In this document: positions 35,971-44,785 of the stretch, piece after piece
How the letters are laid out: every line of letters starts with the position of its first letter
How positions within the stretch are numbered: the stretch's first letter is position 1
Assembly (NCBI GenBank): GCA_013822015.1
Contig: PNJU01000002.1
Span: forward strand, 128,500 to 192,499
DNA from: Candidatus Puniceispirillum sp.
GTDB taxonomy: Bacteria; Pseudomonadota; Alphaproteobacteria; Caedimonadales; UBA1908
Length of the DNA: 64,000 nucleotides
Direction: 5' to 3'
Program-made: the position numbers and the translations under genes
The notes under the pieces: generated by a model
Seen by the model: the letters and a program-made list of their open reading frames with translations, nothing else
What the model was told of the DNA's origin: nothing
Database searches by the model: none

Positions 35971-36861
35971 TCAGGCTTCCCCATAGATAAAGCCGCGCGC
36001 CACATAGGTGGGAAAGGCATGCTTTGCTGCGCACGTTATTTCGATTTTTTCGCGGTTAGGGAACGGGTTATCTTGCATATGCATGGCGTACCCTTCAAGG
36101 CCAGATAACACAAGCAGGCTGTCCACCCCAAACCTATTGGCCCCATAAATATCTGTTGTAAGACTATCTCCCACAGCCAAGATTCGAGACTTGCCAGGCG
36201 TGCCAAGCAGATCCCAGAGTCGCTCGTAAATCTCAGGGTAAGGCTTGCCGTGATAATGCACACGCCCGCCCATCTCTTCATAGCGCTTGGCCAACGCTCC
36301 AGCGCACAGACTGTAGACACCCTCGCGCATCACCGCGATATCGGGATTCACACACACCATGGGTAAATCTTTGGCAACAGCCTCCTTAAGAAGTCCCTCA
36401 TGCTCCTCCACAAAAAGGGGTATGGGGCCTGTGTTGAGTACGAAATCTGCCTCATCTAAGGTCAGGGTAACGCGCGCACCTGCGTCCTCTAAAAGCGGCT
36501 CATGGATTGACGCCATAATGGCGTAGCAGACTTTTCCACGGTGCTCTTGGGTCAGCGCCCCCATGGCGTCTTCGCCAGATGAGTAGACACGGGTATAAAG
36601 ATCCCGCTCCACCCCCATTCGACTGAGCTGGTCCTCCAGTGGCCTGGAACGGCGCGGCGCATTTGAGAGAAACACAACGGTTTTATCCATGAGAGCCAAG
36701 GCGCGCAGGGCATGCAAAACGCCGTCCAAGGGCTTATGTCCATCATGGATTACGCCCCACAAGTCCACAATGAAGGTGTCATAGCGATCGGCAATGTCCG
36801 CAAGAGAGTCAATAAAAACAAATGGATGTTGGGTGGCAGGAAGGGACATAATCTCTCTCAT
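35971..36861 (-). CDS. HAD-superfamily class IIA hydrolase (TIGR01459-like)
   Basis: FIVDLWGVIHDGHKPLDG...VVFLSNAPRR...AVGDSLTTDIYGA. The start is ambiguous (36849, 36861 or 36870). Confidence 0.8.
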   Translation of the reverse strand: MREIMSLPATQHPFVFIDSLADIADRYDTFIVDLWGVIHDGHKPLDGVLHALRALALMDKTVVFLSNAPRRSRPLEDQLSRMGVERDLYTRVYSSGEDAMGALTQEHRGKVCYAIMASIHEPLLEDAGARVTLTLDEADFVLNTGPIPLFVEEHEGLLKEAVAKDLPMVCVNPDIAVMREGVYSLCAGALAKRYEEMGGRVHYHGKPYPEIYERLWDLLGTPGKSRILAVGDSLTTDIYGANRFGVDSLLVLSGLEGYAMHMQDNPFPNREKIEITCAAKHAFPTYVARGFIYGEA

Positions 36862-37035
36862 AATGACCAAACGTGGTGGCAGGAGAGCACATAAAAATGG
36901 GAGCTGTCAACGTTCCCTTCCTTTGCTTGAGATTTCCATGGTTATTTTACTCACCATGGTGATGGACATGGAAAAGCCCCTGTCGTCGGCTGTCCACGGT
37001 TTTCCTCCTCAAGCATTGCAAGGACATCTGCCCTG

Positions 37036-38583
37036 TCAATCTGGTACAGCGCAAAGGGTAAGGGGAAACATCAGTGGCAGAACATGGCGGTGCGTCTCCC
37101 TCACATGGGACCTGAAGGTGTCTGGGTCATGCTCACAAGCCCATTGTATATAGTCAGCTTGCGTAAAATACCCGTTCATGCTCCCCCTCTCCCATGAGGC
37201 TAAAACATTCACAAGAAGAATCCAATTCTCTTGCTTGACGGCATTGGCTCGCCGCAGGAGCAAAAGGATTTGGTCCGGTGTCAGATCAGCCACAGTGAGG
37301 GCTTTAAGTTGCCACGGCGCCTGGCCACGCCCAAGCGCTCTCAAAAGAGTCGGATGACGTTCTTGTGAAAAAGAAAAAAGGAGTCGCTTTACAAAGGGAA
37401 GATGCTTGCGGGCCATGCGGCTACTGTTATTACGATACCACTCAAATATTTTATGGCGCACCTTAATATCAAAGCCCTCATGTATAATGTCCCGAGCAAG
37501 GTCTGTTGTGCTACGGCCACCCTCACGCCCCTCTTCAGCTAAAAGGACCCTGGACATGGCACGCATCCGCTTCAGGCTTACAGAACTTTCATCAAACCCT
37601 TCCATGAGCCCAAGAAACACCTGCATCCGACTATAGTTGGGATTTGTAAGAGGCAAATATGACCGCAGTCTGAGAGCGCAGATGCGCTTCAAGGGAGAAA
37701 GCTTTAAATTCACAAGGGCATCCAAATGAGCATCATCAAGGGTACCCTCTAAAAAACCTTTGGAAAGCTCATAGGACAGCGCCTGCACATGGTGGGCTTC
37801 ACACGCCCCACACAGCGCTCTCACATAATTTATTCTGGCGGGTGATGGGTAAACCCGCCCCCCTTGAAAATGACAAGCCCGCAACGGGTCACTCAGGCGG
37901 ACAATGTCCGTAAGTTCTTCTACGCTTATTGGGCAAGCTGCCATAGCCCGGGCAAAATCTGGTGCGCGCACCGAACCCGCCATCAAAGGGCCAACCAGAG
38001 CGAGTTTTTTAGGCGCGTGTGCAAAACACATTGCGTGCCGCATAACATCCGGTACGTAGAATGGTGGCACGGTCTTAGAAATAATACGGCTTACCTTGGC
38101 AGGAAGCTCTTGAAAGCGTGCAACGATGTAAGCAACTTCTGCGTGGTGCTTGGAAACGCGCCGCTGACTAAGCAGATCCGCCAAGGCTGCAAGGTCATTG
38201 GACGAAATACCATGCCCATGGTCAAGGACATGTATCAACACGCCCGGCTCAAAGCCTGCGTGGCTCAAGGCGCCCAATCGTTCAAGCGGCAGGGGCGCGA
38301 GCCTCTTTACCAGCTCTCTAGCATCCCTTGCTGTGCGCTCTGCTCCGACAAGGGGGGCACAAGCATCCATGCGATCTGGATCAGCTATATACTGTCTTAA
38401 AAGCATGCCGTGTGGCAGGTCTCTGGGGAAGGTGTCCACGTCTGTGGACGTGGTGGATTGGGAGGGTGAGACGCACCAGGACAAGCTGTTCTCAGGCGTA
38501 TCTTCCTCATCTTCAAGGCCTGCGGCCAAGGGGATCACGTGCGCACACAAAGCAAGAATAAGCAGAAAAAAGAACTGAGTCAT
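37036..38583 (-). CDS. Secreted hypothetical protein (515 aa), helical, no recognised family
   Basis: ATG at 38583 gives the signal MTQFFFLLILALCAHVIPLAAG. Long clean ORF. Confidence 0.6.
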   Translation of the reverse strand: MTQFFFLLILALCAHVIPLAAGLEDEEDTPENSLSWCVSPSQSTTSTDVDTFPRDLPHGMLLRQYIADPDRMDACAPLVGAERTARDARELVKRLAPLPLERLGALSHAGFEPGVLIHVLDHGHGISSNDLAALADLLSQRRVSKHHAEVAYIVARFQELPAKVSRIISKTVPPFYVPDVMRHAMCFAHAPKKLALVGPLMAGSVRAPDFARAMAACPISVEELTDIVRLSDPLRACHFQGGRVYPSPARINYVRALCGACEAHHVQALSYELSKGFLEGTLDDAHLDALVNLKLSPLKRICALRLRSYLPLTNPNYSRMQVFLGLMEGFDESSVSLKRMRAMSRVLLAEEGREGGRSTTDLARDIIHEGFDIKVRHKIFEWYRNNSSRMARKHLPFVKRLLFSFSQERHPTLLRALGRGQAPWQLKALTVADLTPDQILLLLRRANAVKQENWILLVNVLASWERGSMNGYFTQADYIQWACEHDPDTFRSHVRETHRHVLPLMFPLTLCAVPD

Positions 38584-38769
38584 GTGAAACACTTGAGCCG
38601 CATGGAGAATCCCTCTGGTGTTACACCTACCATGAATTATCACCCGTGGCAAAATTGCTGACAAGTGGAGGCAAATGGCTCAAGAACCTTAAAACGACGT
38701 ACTTTGTTTGGGGCGCAAATTCTGCTAAAAAGGAAGGACCAGTTGTCCAAAAAATAAGAAGAGGGAGCC

Positions 38770-39477
38770 ATGGCTGTTATTGCCTTTGAAAATGTTGCCC
38801 TAAGTTATGAAAAGAATCAGCACGTTTTTCGCGATGTCTCCTTTAAGGTCGAGGCTGGTGCTTTTTTCTATCTCATGGGGCCGAGTGGCTCGGGTAAAAC
38901 CTCCCTCATTCGTCTCCTGTACGCAGGTAATCTAGACTACGAGGGGGACATTCGCCTTTTTGGGCGATCTCTTCAGGATATGCGCCCCGATGAAATTCCT
39001 GAGCTGCGCCAACAAATTGGCGTGATCTTTCAGGATTTTTACCTCCTTGACCATTTGAATGCCCTGGATAATGTGGCCCTGCCCCTGCGCATTCAAGGAC
39101 AGAGCTGGGCGGCGGCGCGCAAGAATGCCGCTGAGGTCCTCGAGTGGATTGGGTTGACAGAAAACCTTGATGCCCTACCCGCCACCCTGTCGGGCGGCCA
39201 AAGACAGCGCCTTGTCATTGCAAGGGGTATCATCAACCGGCCGCGCATTCTCATTGCTGATGAGCCCACGGGAAATCTTGATGACGAGAATGCCTTGAAA
39301 CTCCTCTACCTTTTCGAGGAACTCAACAGACAGGGCACCACGATCCTTTTTGCCACCCACAACCGCGAGCTTATGCGCGCGTTTCCCCACGATATTTTGT
39401 TCCTCAAGGACGGCGCTCTTTCCATTGAAAGTGACACACAGCTCCACCCTCACATAAGGTCCGTACGCCATGGCTAG
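38770..39477 (+). CDS. ftsE: Cell division ATP-binding protein FtsE
   Basis: GPSGSGKTSLIRLL, LSGGQRQRLVIARGI, ILIADEPTGNLD. Followed by ftsX with an 8 nt overlap. Confidence 0.9.
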   Translation: MAVIAFENVALSYEKNQHVFRDVSFKVEAGAFFYLMGPSGSGKTSLIRLLYAGNLDYEGDIRLFGRSLQDMRPDEIPELRQQIGVIFQDFYLLDHLNALDNVALPLRIQGQSWAAARKNAAEVLEWIGLTENLDALPATLSGGQRQRLVIARGIINRPRILIADEPTGNLDDENALKLLYLFEELNRQGTTILFATHNRELMRAFPHDILFLKDGALSIESDTQLHPHIRSVRHG

Positions 39478-40378
39478 TTTTTCCAATAAGAATGTCGATG
39501 AAATCCCCTTCGAAAAAGTAGGCTCCGGGAGGATCGTCCCCTGGATTGTGGCGGCCATGGTGTATCTGATTATCCTGGCCCTTGGGGCGTCCGCTTACAT
39601 CGGTGCCTTTATAACGCGCTTTCAGGAAGGGCTGACAAAGGGCTTTACGGTAGAGCTCATGACCCCTCAACAAGGGCTTGGCCAACAACACACCTCCAAA
39701 GCTGTGGTTTTGGAGCGTCAACGTCACGCCCTGGAGGTCTTGTCCCAGTACCCAGGTATCAAGTCTGTGGAGCCTGTTGGCGCCAGCTACCTCGAGGGTC
39801 TCGCCTCGCCCTGGGCCCTGTCCAAAAAGGATCCCCTCTTTACAAAACCCACCATGATTAATGTGGAGCCAAAGCTCGGCGCCCATGTTGACCTCAAAGC
39901 ACTTCAAAAGTATTTGCATGCCAACCTGCCAGGCGCTGTTGTCTACGCGGCCCACCCGTGGCGTGAGCAGCTCATGAACATGGCGTGGACGGCGCTCTTC
40001 ATCACACTGTCCTTTGCAGGGCTCATTTGCATTGTCGCCATGGGAACACTGGCCTTTGTCACCCACTCAGGTCTTTTAATCCATGAACGCATTATCCATA
40101 TCTTACGCCTCATCGGGGCGACAAATCGCTATATCTCAAAGCGTTTTGAAAGCTACGCACTGTCCGTCGCCATGCGGGGAAGCTTCTGGGGTGGGCTCTT
40201 TGCGGCGCTTACGTTCTGGGTGATCTTGGGGCCCCCTCAGCTTAATCAAAGTGATAACAGCATTGGTGCGTGGGGCGTGCTCCTTCTCTCACCCGTGCTC
40301 ATGGGGCTCATGACTTATATTTGTGCCAGGGCGTCCGTTTCCTTAGCGCTATCGAAGGAGCCGGCGCGTTGCCTTTAG
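39470..40378 (+). CDS. ftsX: Cell division permease-like protein FtsX
   Basis: Position after ftsE. N-terminal TM, periplasmic loop, then three C-terminal TM segments (FtsX topology). Confidence 0.8.
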   Translation: MASFSNKNVDEIPFEKVGSGRIVPWIVAAMVYLIILALGASAYIGAFITRFQEGLTKGFTVELMTPQQGLGQQHTSKAVVLERQRHALEVLSQYPGIKSVEPVGASYLEGLASPWALSKKDPLFTKPTMINVEPKLGAHVDLKALQKYLHANLPGAVVYAAHPWREQLMNMAWTALFITLSFAGLICIVAMGTLAFVTHSGLLIHERIIHILRLIGATNRYISKRFESYALSVAMRGSFWGGLFAALTFWVILGPPQLNQSDNSIGAWGVLLLSPVLMGLMTYICARASVSLALSKEPARCL

Positions 40379-40929
40379 TCATCTTAGACAGGGACGGGGT
40401 TATCAACCGCGACCGCCCAGAGAGCGTGCGTTCTTTGGCAGCCTTTGAGATTCTTCCCGGCGCATGTGAGGCCGTTGCTGAGCTAACTAAGGCAGGACAC
40501 AATGTTGCCATTGCCACCAACCAGGCCGTTGTGGGGCGTGGTGAGATGGCCCGGGAGGAACTGGACCGTATCCATGCTTTCCTAAGCATGGAGGTCGAGA
40601 AAATGGGCGGAAAATTCGGCCACATCTATGCCTGTACGGACACTCAAGTTGAGCCCAACAACCGGCGCAAACCCGCCCCTGGCATGCTCCTTGAAGCCAT
40701 GGCTGACTTTAAGTCGCCCGCCCATCTTACTCTTTTCATAGGGGACGCAGACAGAGATATGGAGGCCGCCCACCGCGCCGGATGTCGTAAGCTTCTTGTG
40801 CGCACGGGCAAAGGGGGAAAAACCCTTGCAAGCTGGCAATCGCACTGGGGTGAGCCCCTTGTTTTCGACGACTTGCCAGCCGCCGTCTCCCACATTTTGC
40901 AAACGCCAGACTTTTGGAGCGCGCCATAA
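40369..40929 (+). CDS. HAD-IIIA family phosphatase (GmhB/histidinol-phosphatase-like)
   Basis: LVILDRDGVIN...VAIATNQ...RKPAPGML...FIGDADRDMEAA. The TTG start at 40369 with GAAGGAG upstream is my choice. The start is uncertain. Confidence 0.75.
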   Translation: MPLVILDRDGVINRDRPESVRSLAAFEILPGACEAVAELTKAGHNVAIATNQAVVGRGEMAREELDRIHAFLSMEVEKMGGKFGHIYACTDTQVEPNNRRKPAPGMLLEAMADFKSPAHLTLFIGDADRDMEAAHRAGCRKLLVRTGKGGKTLASWQSHWGEPLVFDDLPAAVSHILQTPDFWSAP

Positions 40930-40931
40930 CT

Positions 40932-41507
40932 ATGGGGATTTTCGGGCGCTCCTTTTTGTGCCTCTGCTTGTGCGCGTGCCTTGTCTTTGGCGCAGGCTTT
41001 TTACTGTTTTGTTATCACATTATACACCTTGAAAGCCCACGCCTTCCCGGCCCACAAGCGGGCATTGTTGTGCTCACAGGCGGCCCCCAGCGCTTGGAGA
41101 CAGGCCTCACGCTTTTGAAAAACCATCAAGGCACTCGGCTTCTTATCTCGGGTGTCCACAAGGATGTGCGTCGCCCTCAAATTCTGCCAGATACCACCTT
41201 ACCTGTTGATCTTGGCTACAGCGCGCAAAATACCATTGAGAACGCAAGGGAAGCCAAAGAGTGGGCAAGCCAGCACCACTTTAAGGCCCTCGTTCTTGTC
41301 ACATCAAAGTACCATCTGCCGCGCGCGCGCCTTGAGTTTGCACAGCGCCTCGGTGATACAACGATTTATCCTTACCCAGCCGAGCCAGCAAACAGCAAGG
41401 AGGAACCCTTTCTACTGCCCCTTGCATGGAAAGAGTACACCAAGTACACTTTGGCGCTTGTGCGTGCAAGCGCGCGCTTTATAGCCATTAACCTAGGACT
41501 GACATGA
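40932..41507 (+). CDS. YdcF/DUF218 family protein
   Basis: N-terminal TM, then IVVLTGGPQRLETGL...LLISGV...GYSAQNTIENAREAKEW...LVTSKYHLPRA. Confidence 0.75.
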   Translation: MGIFGRSFLCLCLCACLVFGAGFLLFCYHIIHLESPRLPGPQAGIVVLTGGPQRLETGLTLLKNHQGTRLLISGVHKDVRRPQILPDTTLPVDLGYSAQNTIENAREAKEWASQHHFKALVLVTSKYHLPRARLEFAQRLGDTTIYPYPAEPANSKEEPFLLPLAWKEYTKYTLALVRASARFIAINLGLT

Positions 41508-43240
41508 TGCTTTTTTTGAGATCTCTTCTTTTTAATGCCCTCTTCTACCCTTGGACCTTTTTAATGAGCTTTCGCGCGCAGTTCGGCGTCATCTTTGGAC
41601 AGGCTTATGTCATTCGCACAGCCTACACATGGGGCAAGGGACTTCATGCCCTTCTGTCTTGGGTGGTTGGCGTAACTTATGAGATTCGTGGCAAGGAGAT
41701 CTGGGGCGGAAAACCTGCCCTCATTGCGTGTAAACACGAGTCAGTCCTGGAGACCTCCGCCATCCAGCTTTTGGCCTACAATTCTGCCATTGTCCTCAAG
41801 AAAGAACTGACCTGGATTCCACTGTTTGGTCACTCTGTCTTGATGGCGGGCGTGATTCCCATCAACCGCGCAAAGGGCAAAGGTGTTTTGCCCCAGATCG
41901 TTGAAGGGGCGCGGGGCTTTTTTGCCCAGGGGCGTTCGCTTTTCCTATTCCCTGAAGGCACACGTAAGGATCCCCATAAGCCGACAGTGCTGCGCCCTGG
42001 CATTGCGACCCTTTATGAGGAGCTTAAAGTCCCCGTCTACCCCATTGCCCTTAATACGGGTCTTGTATGGGGAAGGCGCAAATTCTTAAAGCGTCCTGGT
42101 AAGGTCATCTATGAGTTCCTTCCCCCCATTCTGCCGGGGCTGACAAAGCAAGAGTTTCTTGAGCGTCTCACGTCCCAACTTGAGGAGGCCCGCCTGCGCC
42201 TTCACGAAGAGGTGAAGGGACAAGAGCCTAAGCCACGCCTGAGCAACTTTGGACTTTTCGCGTTTCTAGGGGCGCTTGCCTTGGGGCTTGTTTATGCAGG
42301 CTTTTGGTACACAGCCGCACGCAGTATCGACGCGCAACTTGCGGTTTTTCAAAAATCACTTGCAAAAGACGGCATCACGCTTACCTACACCCACACGGAC
42401 ACAACGGGCTTTCCTTTCTCCATGCACGCCCACTTTGAACATGTGCGCCTTGACCATCCAAACGCCAGCGTGACCTCCCAGGGGGTTGTCACCATCGGCA
42501 CGACTCTTTTCAAACCCCACGTTTGGCATCTTTCAACACAAGGCGTGAGCAGACTGACCCAGGCAAATTCAAAATGCTCCCTTGACGCAGCACGCGTGAC
42601 CAGCACCCTTGATGTGAGGAATCTGGCAGACTTTTCCCTCGCCCTTGAAGGACCAGCCTACTTTGACGCGGCGGGACAAAAAACCTTCGAGGCAAAGGAT
42701 CTCGCCCTCACCCACACGCGTGACGGGGCAACGCAGATGCAGAATCTGGCTCTTGACGTGACCTCACCCAAGGGTCATCTGGGGTTTGTGGATGAAGCGG
42801 AAAAAGTGAGCCTTGCGGCCATGCTGACAAAGCCCCTGCCCTCCTTGTCACAAGAAGCACTCACCCGGTGGCAAGAAGAAGGCGGCACCTTTGAGATTTC
42901 CCAGTTTCATCTCAAAGCCGCGCCCCTTGATATGACAGCCACCGCCACCCTGACCTTAGATGCGCGTCTTCAGCTAGAGGGTGCAGCTTCCGTGTACGCC
43001 ACGGGCGTGAATCCCTTTCTTGACACCCTTGTGTCAAAGGACAAGGTGTCCTTCCTTGCGGCCCAGGGATATAAGCTTGCCTTTCACCTGGCGACTGTCT
43101 TTTCCCAGAAGAAGGGTGTTGAAACAAAGGACGGTGTCGTTGCCGTCAGCCTCTCCCTTCAAGACGGGACGCTGTCTTTGGGACAAACGCCGCTTTTCTC
43201 TCTGCCTCTGACCATTGTGGAAAGGTCACTAAGCAGCTAG
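41504..43240 (+). CDS. Lysophospholipid (1-acyl-sn-glycerol-3-phosphate) acyltransferase fused to a DUF2125-like C-terminal domain
   Basis: ATGA overlap with the upstream gene. The acyltransferase blocks are ACKHESVLET (H-x4-acidic) and LFLFPEGTR. After a TM segment near aa 250-275, the remaining approx 300 aa (GFWYTAARSIDAQLAVFQKSLAKDGITLTYTHTDTTGFPFSMHAHFEHVRL...) resemble DUF2125. Confidence 0.8.
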   Translation: MMLFLRSLLFNALFYPWTFLMSFRAQFGVIFGQAYVIRTAYTWGKGLHALLSWVVGVTYEIRGKEIWGGKPALIACKHESVLETSAIQLLAYNSAIVLKKELTWIPLFGHSVLMAGVIPINRAKGKGVLPQIVEGARGFFAQGRSLFLFPEGTRKDPHKPTVLRPGIATLYEELKVPVYPIALNTGLVWGRRKFLKRPGKVIYEFLPPILPGLTKQEFLERLTSQLEEARLRLHEEVKGQEPKPRLSNFGLFAFLGALALGLVYAGFWYTAARSIDAQLAVFQKSLAKDGITLTYTHTDTTGFPFSMHAHFEHVRLDHPNASVTSQGVVTIGTTLFKPHVWHLSTQGVSRLTQANSKCSLDAARVTSTLDVRNLADFSLALEGPAYFDAAGQKTFEAKDLALTHTRDGATQMQNLALDVTSPKGHLGFVDEAEKVSLAAMLTKPLPSLSQEALTRWQEEGGTFEISQFHLKAAPLDMTATATLTLDARLQLEGAASVYATGVNPFLDTLVSKDKVSFLAAQGYKLAFHLATVFSQKKGVETKDGVVAVSLSLQDGTLSLGQTPLFSLPLTIVERSLSS

Positions 43241-43252
43241 TGCCTAAAAACA

Positions 43253-43287
43253 AAGGGCGGTGTGCTCTCACACCGCCCTTCTTTTGG
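43253..43287. terminator. Bidirectional rho-independent terminator between convergent genes
   Basis: AAGGGCGGTGTG-CTCT-CACACCGCCCTT followed by CTTTTGG. An A-run precedes it, serving the opposite strand. Confidence 0.7.
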
Positions 43288-43336
43288 TTCACAGCTCAAA
43301 GAGCCGTGAGGCCTTTAGGAATGCAACCAGATGACG

Positions 43337-44050
43337 TCAGCCAGCAGCAGCTACCACTGCACCACCCTTCACCTCACCAGTTTTTACTTTGGGCTCTGCG
43401 CTGTCAGTCTTACCCGCGCCAGCGTCCCCTTTGCTGATGTCTTTGGCAACGTCCGCTGGCTTTTTACCAAGCGCCGTCAGAACCGCACCACAAGCGGAGG
43501 CAAGCTTTGGCACAAACACCGCACCTCCCTCAGTCGCCACAAGCCCCGCGCCGATACCCAGGCATGTTAGTGTGACGGTGGCTTTTGTGCCCTTGACAAG
43601 CCCCTCCGCCAAAATGGCATTGAGTTTCTTTGGATCATCGGCAGCGGACCCAAGGACTTTACGTGCATTTTTGGCGTAGGCAGACTGATCGAAGTCCGCG
43701 ACCCCCGCCTTGGGGCACACCAGCATACCAAAGGCGGCTGTGTATTTTTGCTTGCCCAAGAGTCCGTTCATCACTCGGATGGACAAATCATTTTTGAAAA
43801 AGTTTTTCACATCACCCAATGAGCGCCACTTATAAAATTGAAGGGCGTTCACAGCTTTACCTTTTTTGCAAAGATCTTGGGGGTTAATGGGTTGCTTGGC
43901 GACTAACTTTTGTGACAGGCCTTCGCTGATCCAGGTGACGAACGTATCCGCCCCTGGAATGGAAATGGCCTGTGCTGGCCCAGCAAGCAAAACTGTTCCA
44001 AGAGCGCATCCCAGAGCAAGGCTTTTTGTCGCATTTGTAATTGATTTCAT
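43337..44050 (-). CDS. Secreted hypothetical protein (237 aa), Gly/Ala/Lys-rich C-terminus
   Basis: ATG at 44050 with AGGGAGAA RBS. Signal MKSITNATKSLALGCALGTVLLAGPAQA. Confidence 0.55.
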   Translation of the reverse strand: MKSITNATKSLALGCALGTVLLAGPAQAISIPGADTFVTWISEGLSQKLVAKQPINPQDLCKKGKAVNALQFYKWRSLGDVKNFFKNDLSIRVMNGLLGKQKYTAAFGMLVCPKAGVADFDQSAYAKNARKVLGSAADDPKKLNAILAEGLVKGTKATVTLTCLGIGAGLVATEGGAVFVPKLASACGAVLTALGKKPADVAKDISKGDAGAGKTDSAEPKVKTGEVKGGAVVAAAG

Positions 44051-44238
44051 GGCATTTTCTCCCTGTTGTTTTTTAAAGTATGCCCTTAAATTGATTAAAA
44101 ATTGATTAATCAGCTGCATTTCGCCTTGATTATGCAATATTTTTTTGTTTTCAATTTTAATCAAATTAAGACATTATGTTTTTTACCTATTTCTTGATAT
44201 CTTTCCCCGTAGAAGATTTTTTTAAGCAGGCGATTAAA

Positions 44239-44775
44239 GTGGACATATCAAAAATATCAATTGGGCGAAATGCACCCTGGGACGTGAACGTTCTCATTGA
44301 GATTCCCATGGGCGGGGCGCCCGTCAAGTACGAGATTGACAAGGCTTCCGGCGCCATGTTTGTGGACCGTTTTCTACACACCGCCATGCATTATCCCGCC
44401 AACTACGGCTTTATCCCCCACACGCTGAGCGAGGACGGCGATCCCATTGACGCCCTCGTGTTGGGTCAGGTACCCGTTGTACCTGGCGCCGTTGTGCGCT
44501 CACGCCCCATTGGCATATTGATGATGGAGGATGAGGCTGGGCAAGACGAGAAGCTCCTCATGGTGCCAGTTACGGATCTCAAGCCCTACTACGCCAATGT
44601 GACGAACTATATGGACGTGCCTGAGATTCTGCGTCGTCAGATTGAGCATTTTTTCGAGCACTATAAAGATCTTGAAGAAGGTAAGTGGGTTAAGACTCTG
44701 GGATGGCAGGATGAAAAGGCAGCAGCCAAAGCCATTGAAAAGGCCGCCCTGGCCGCGGCAGCCAAGGGGCTCTAA
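44239..44775 (+). CDS. ppa: Inorganic pyrophosphatase (family I)
   Basis: The GTG start gives VDISKISIGRNAPWDVNVLIEIP..., matching the usual Ppa N-terminus. Also YPANYGFIPHTLSEDGDPIDALVL. Confidence 0.9.
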   Translation: MDISKISIGRNAPWDVNVLIEIPMGGAPVKYEIDKASGAMFVDRFLHTAMHYPANYGFIPHTLSEDGDPIDALVLGQVPVVPGAVVRSRPIGILMMEDEAGQDEKLLMVPVTDLKPYYANVTNYMDVPEILRRQIEHFFEHYKDLEEGKWVKTLGWQDEKAAAKAIEKAALAAAAKGL

Positions 44776-44785
44776 GCCCCCTTGG

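Noticed and set aside
39404-40066. 220-aa minus-strand ORF
   Set aside because: Antisense to ftsX.
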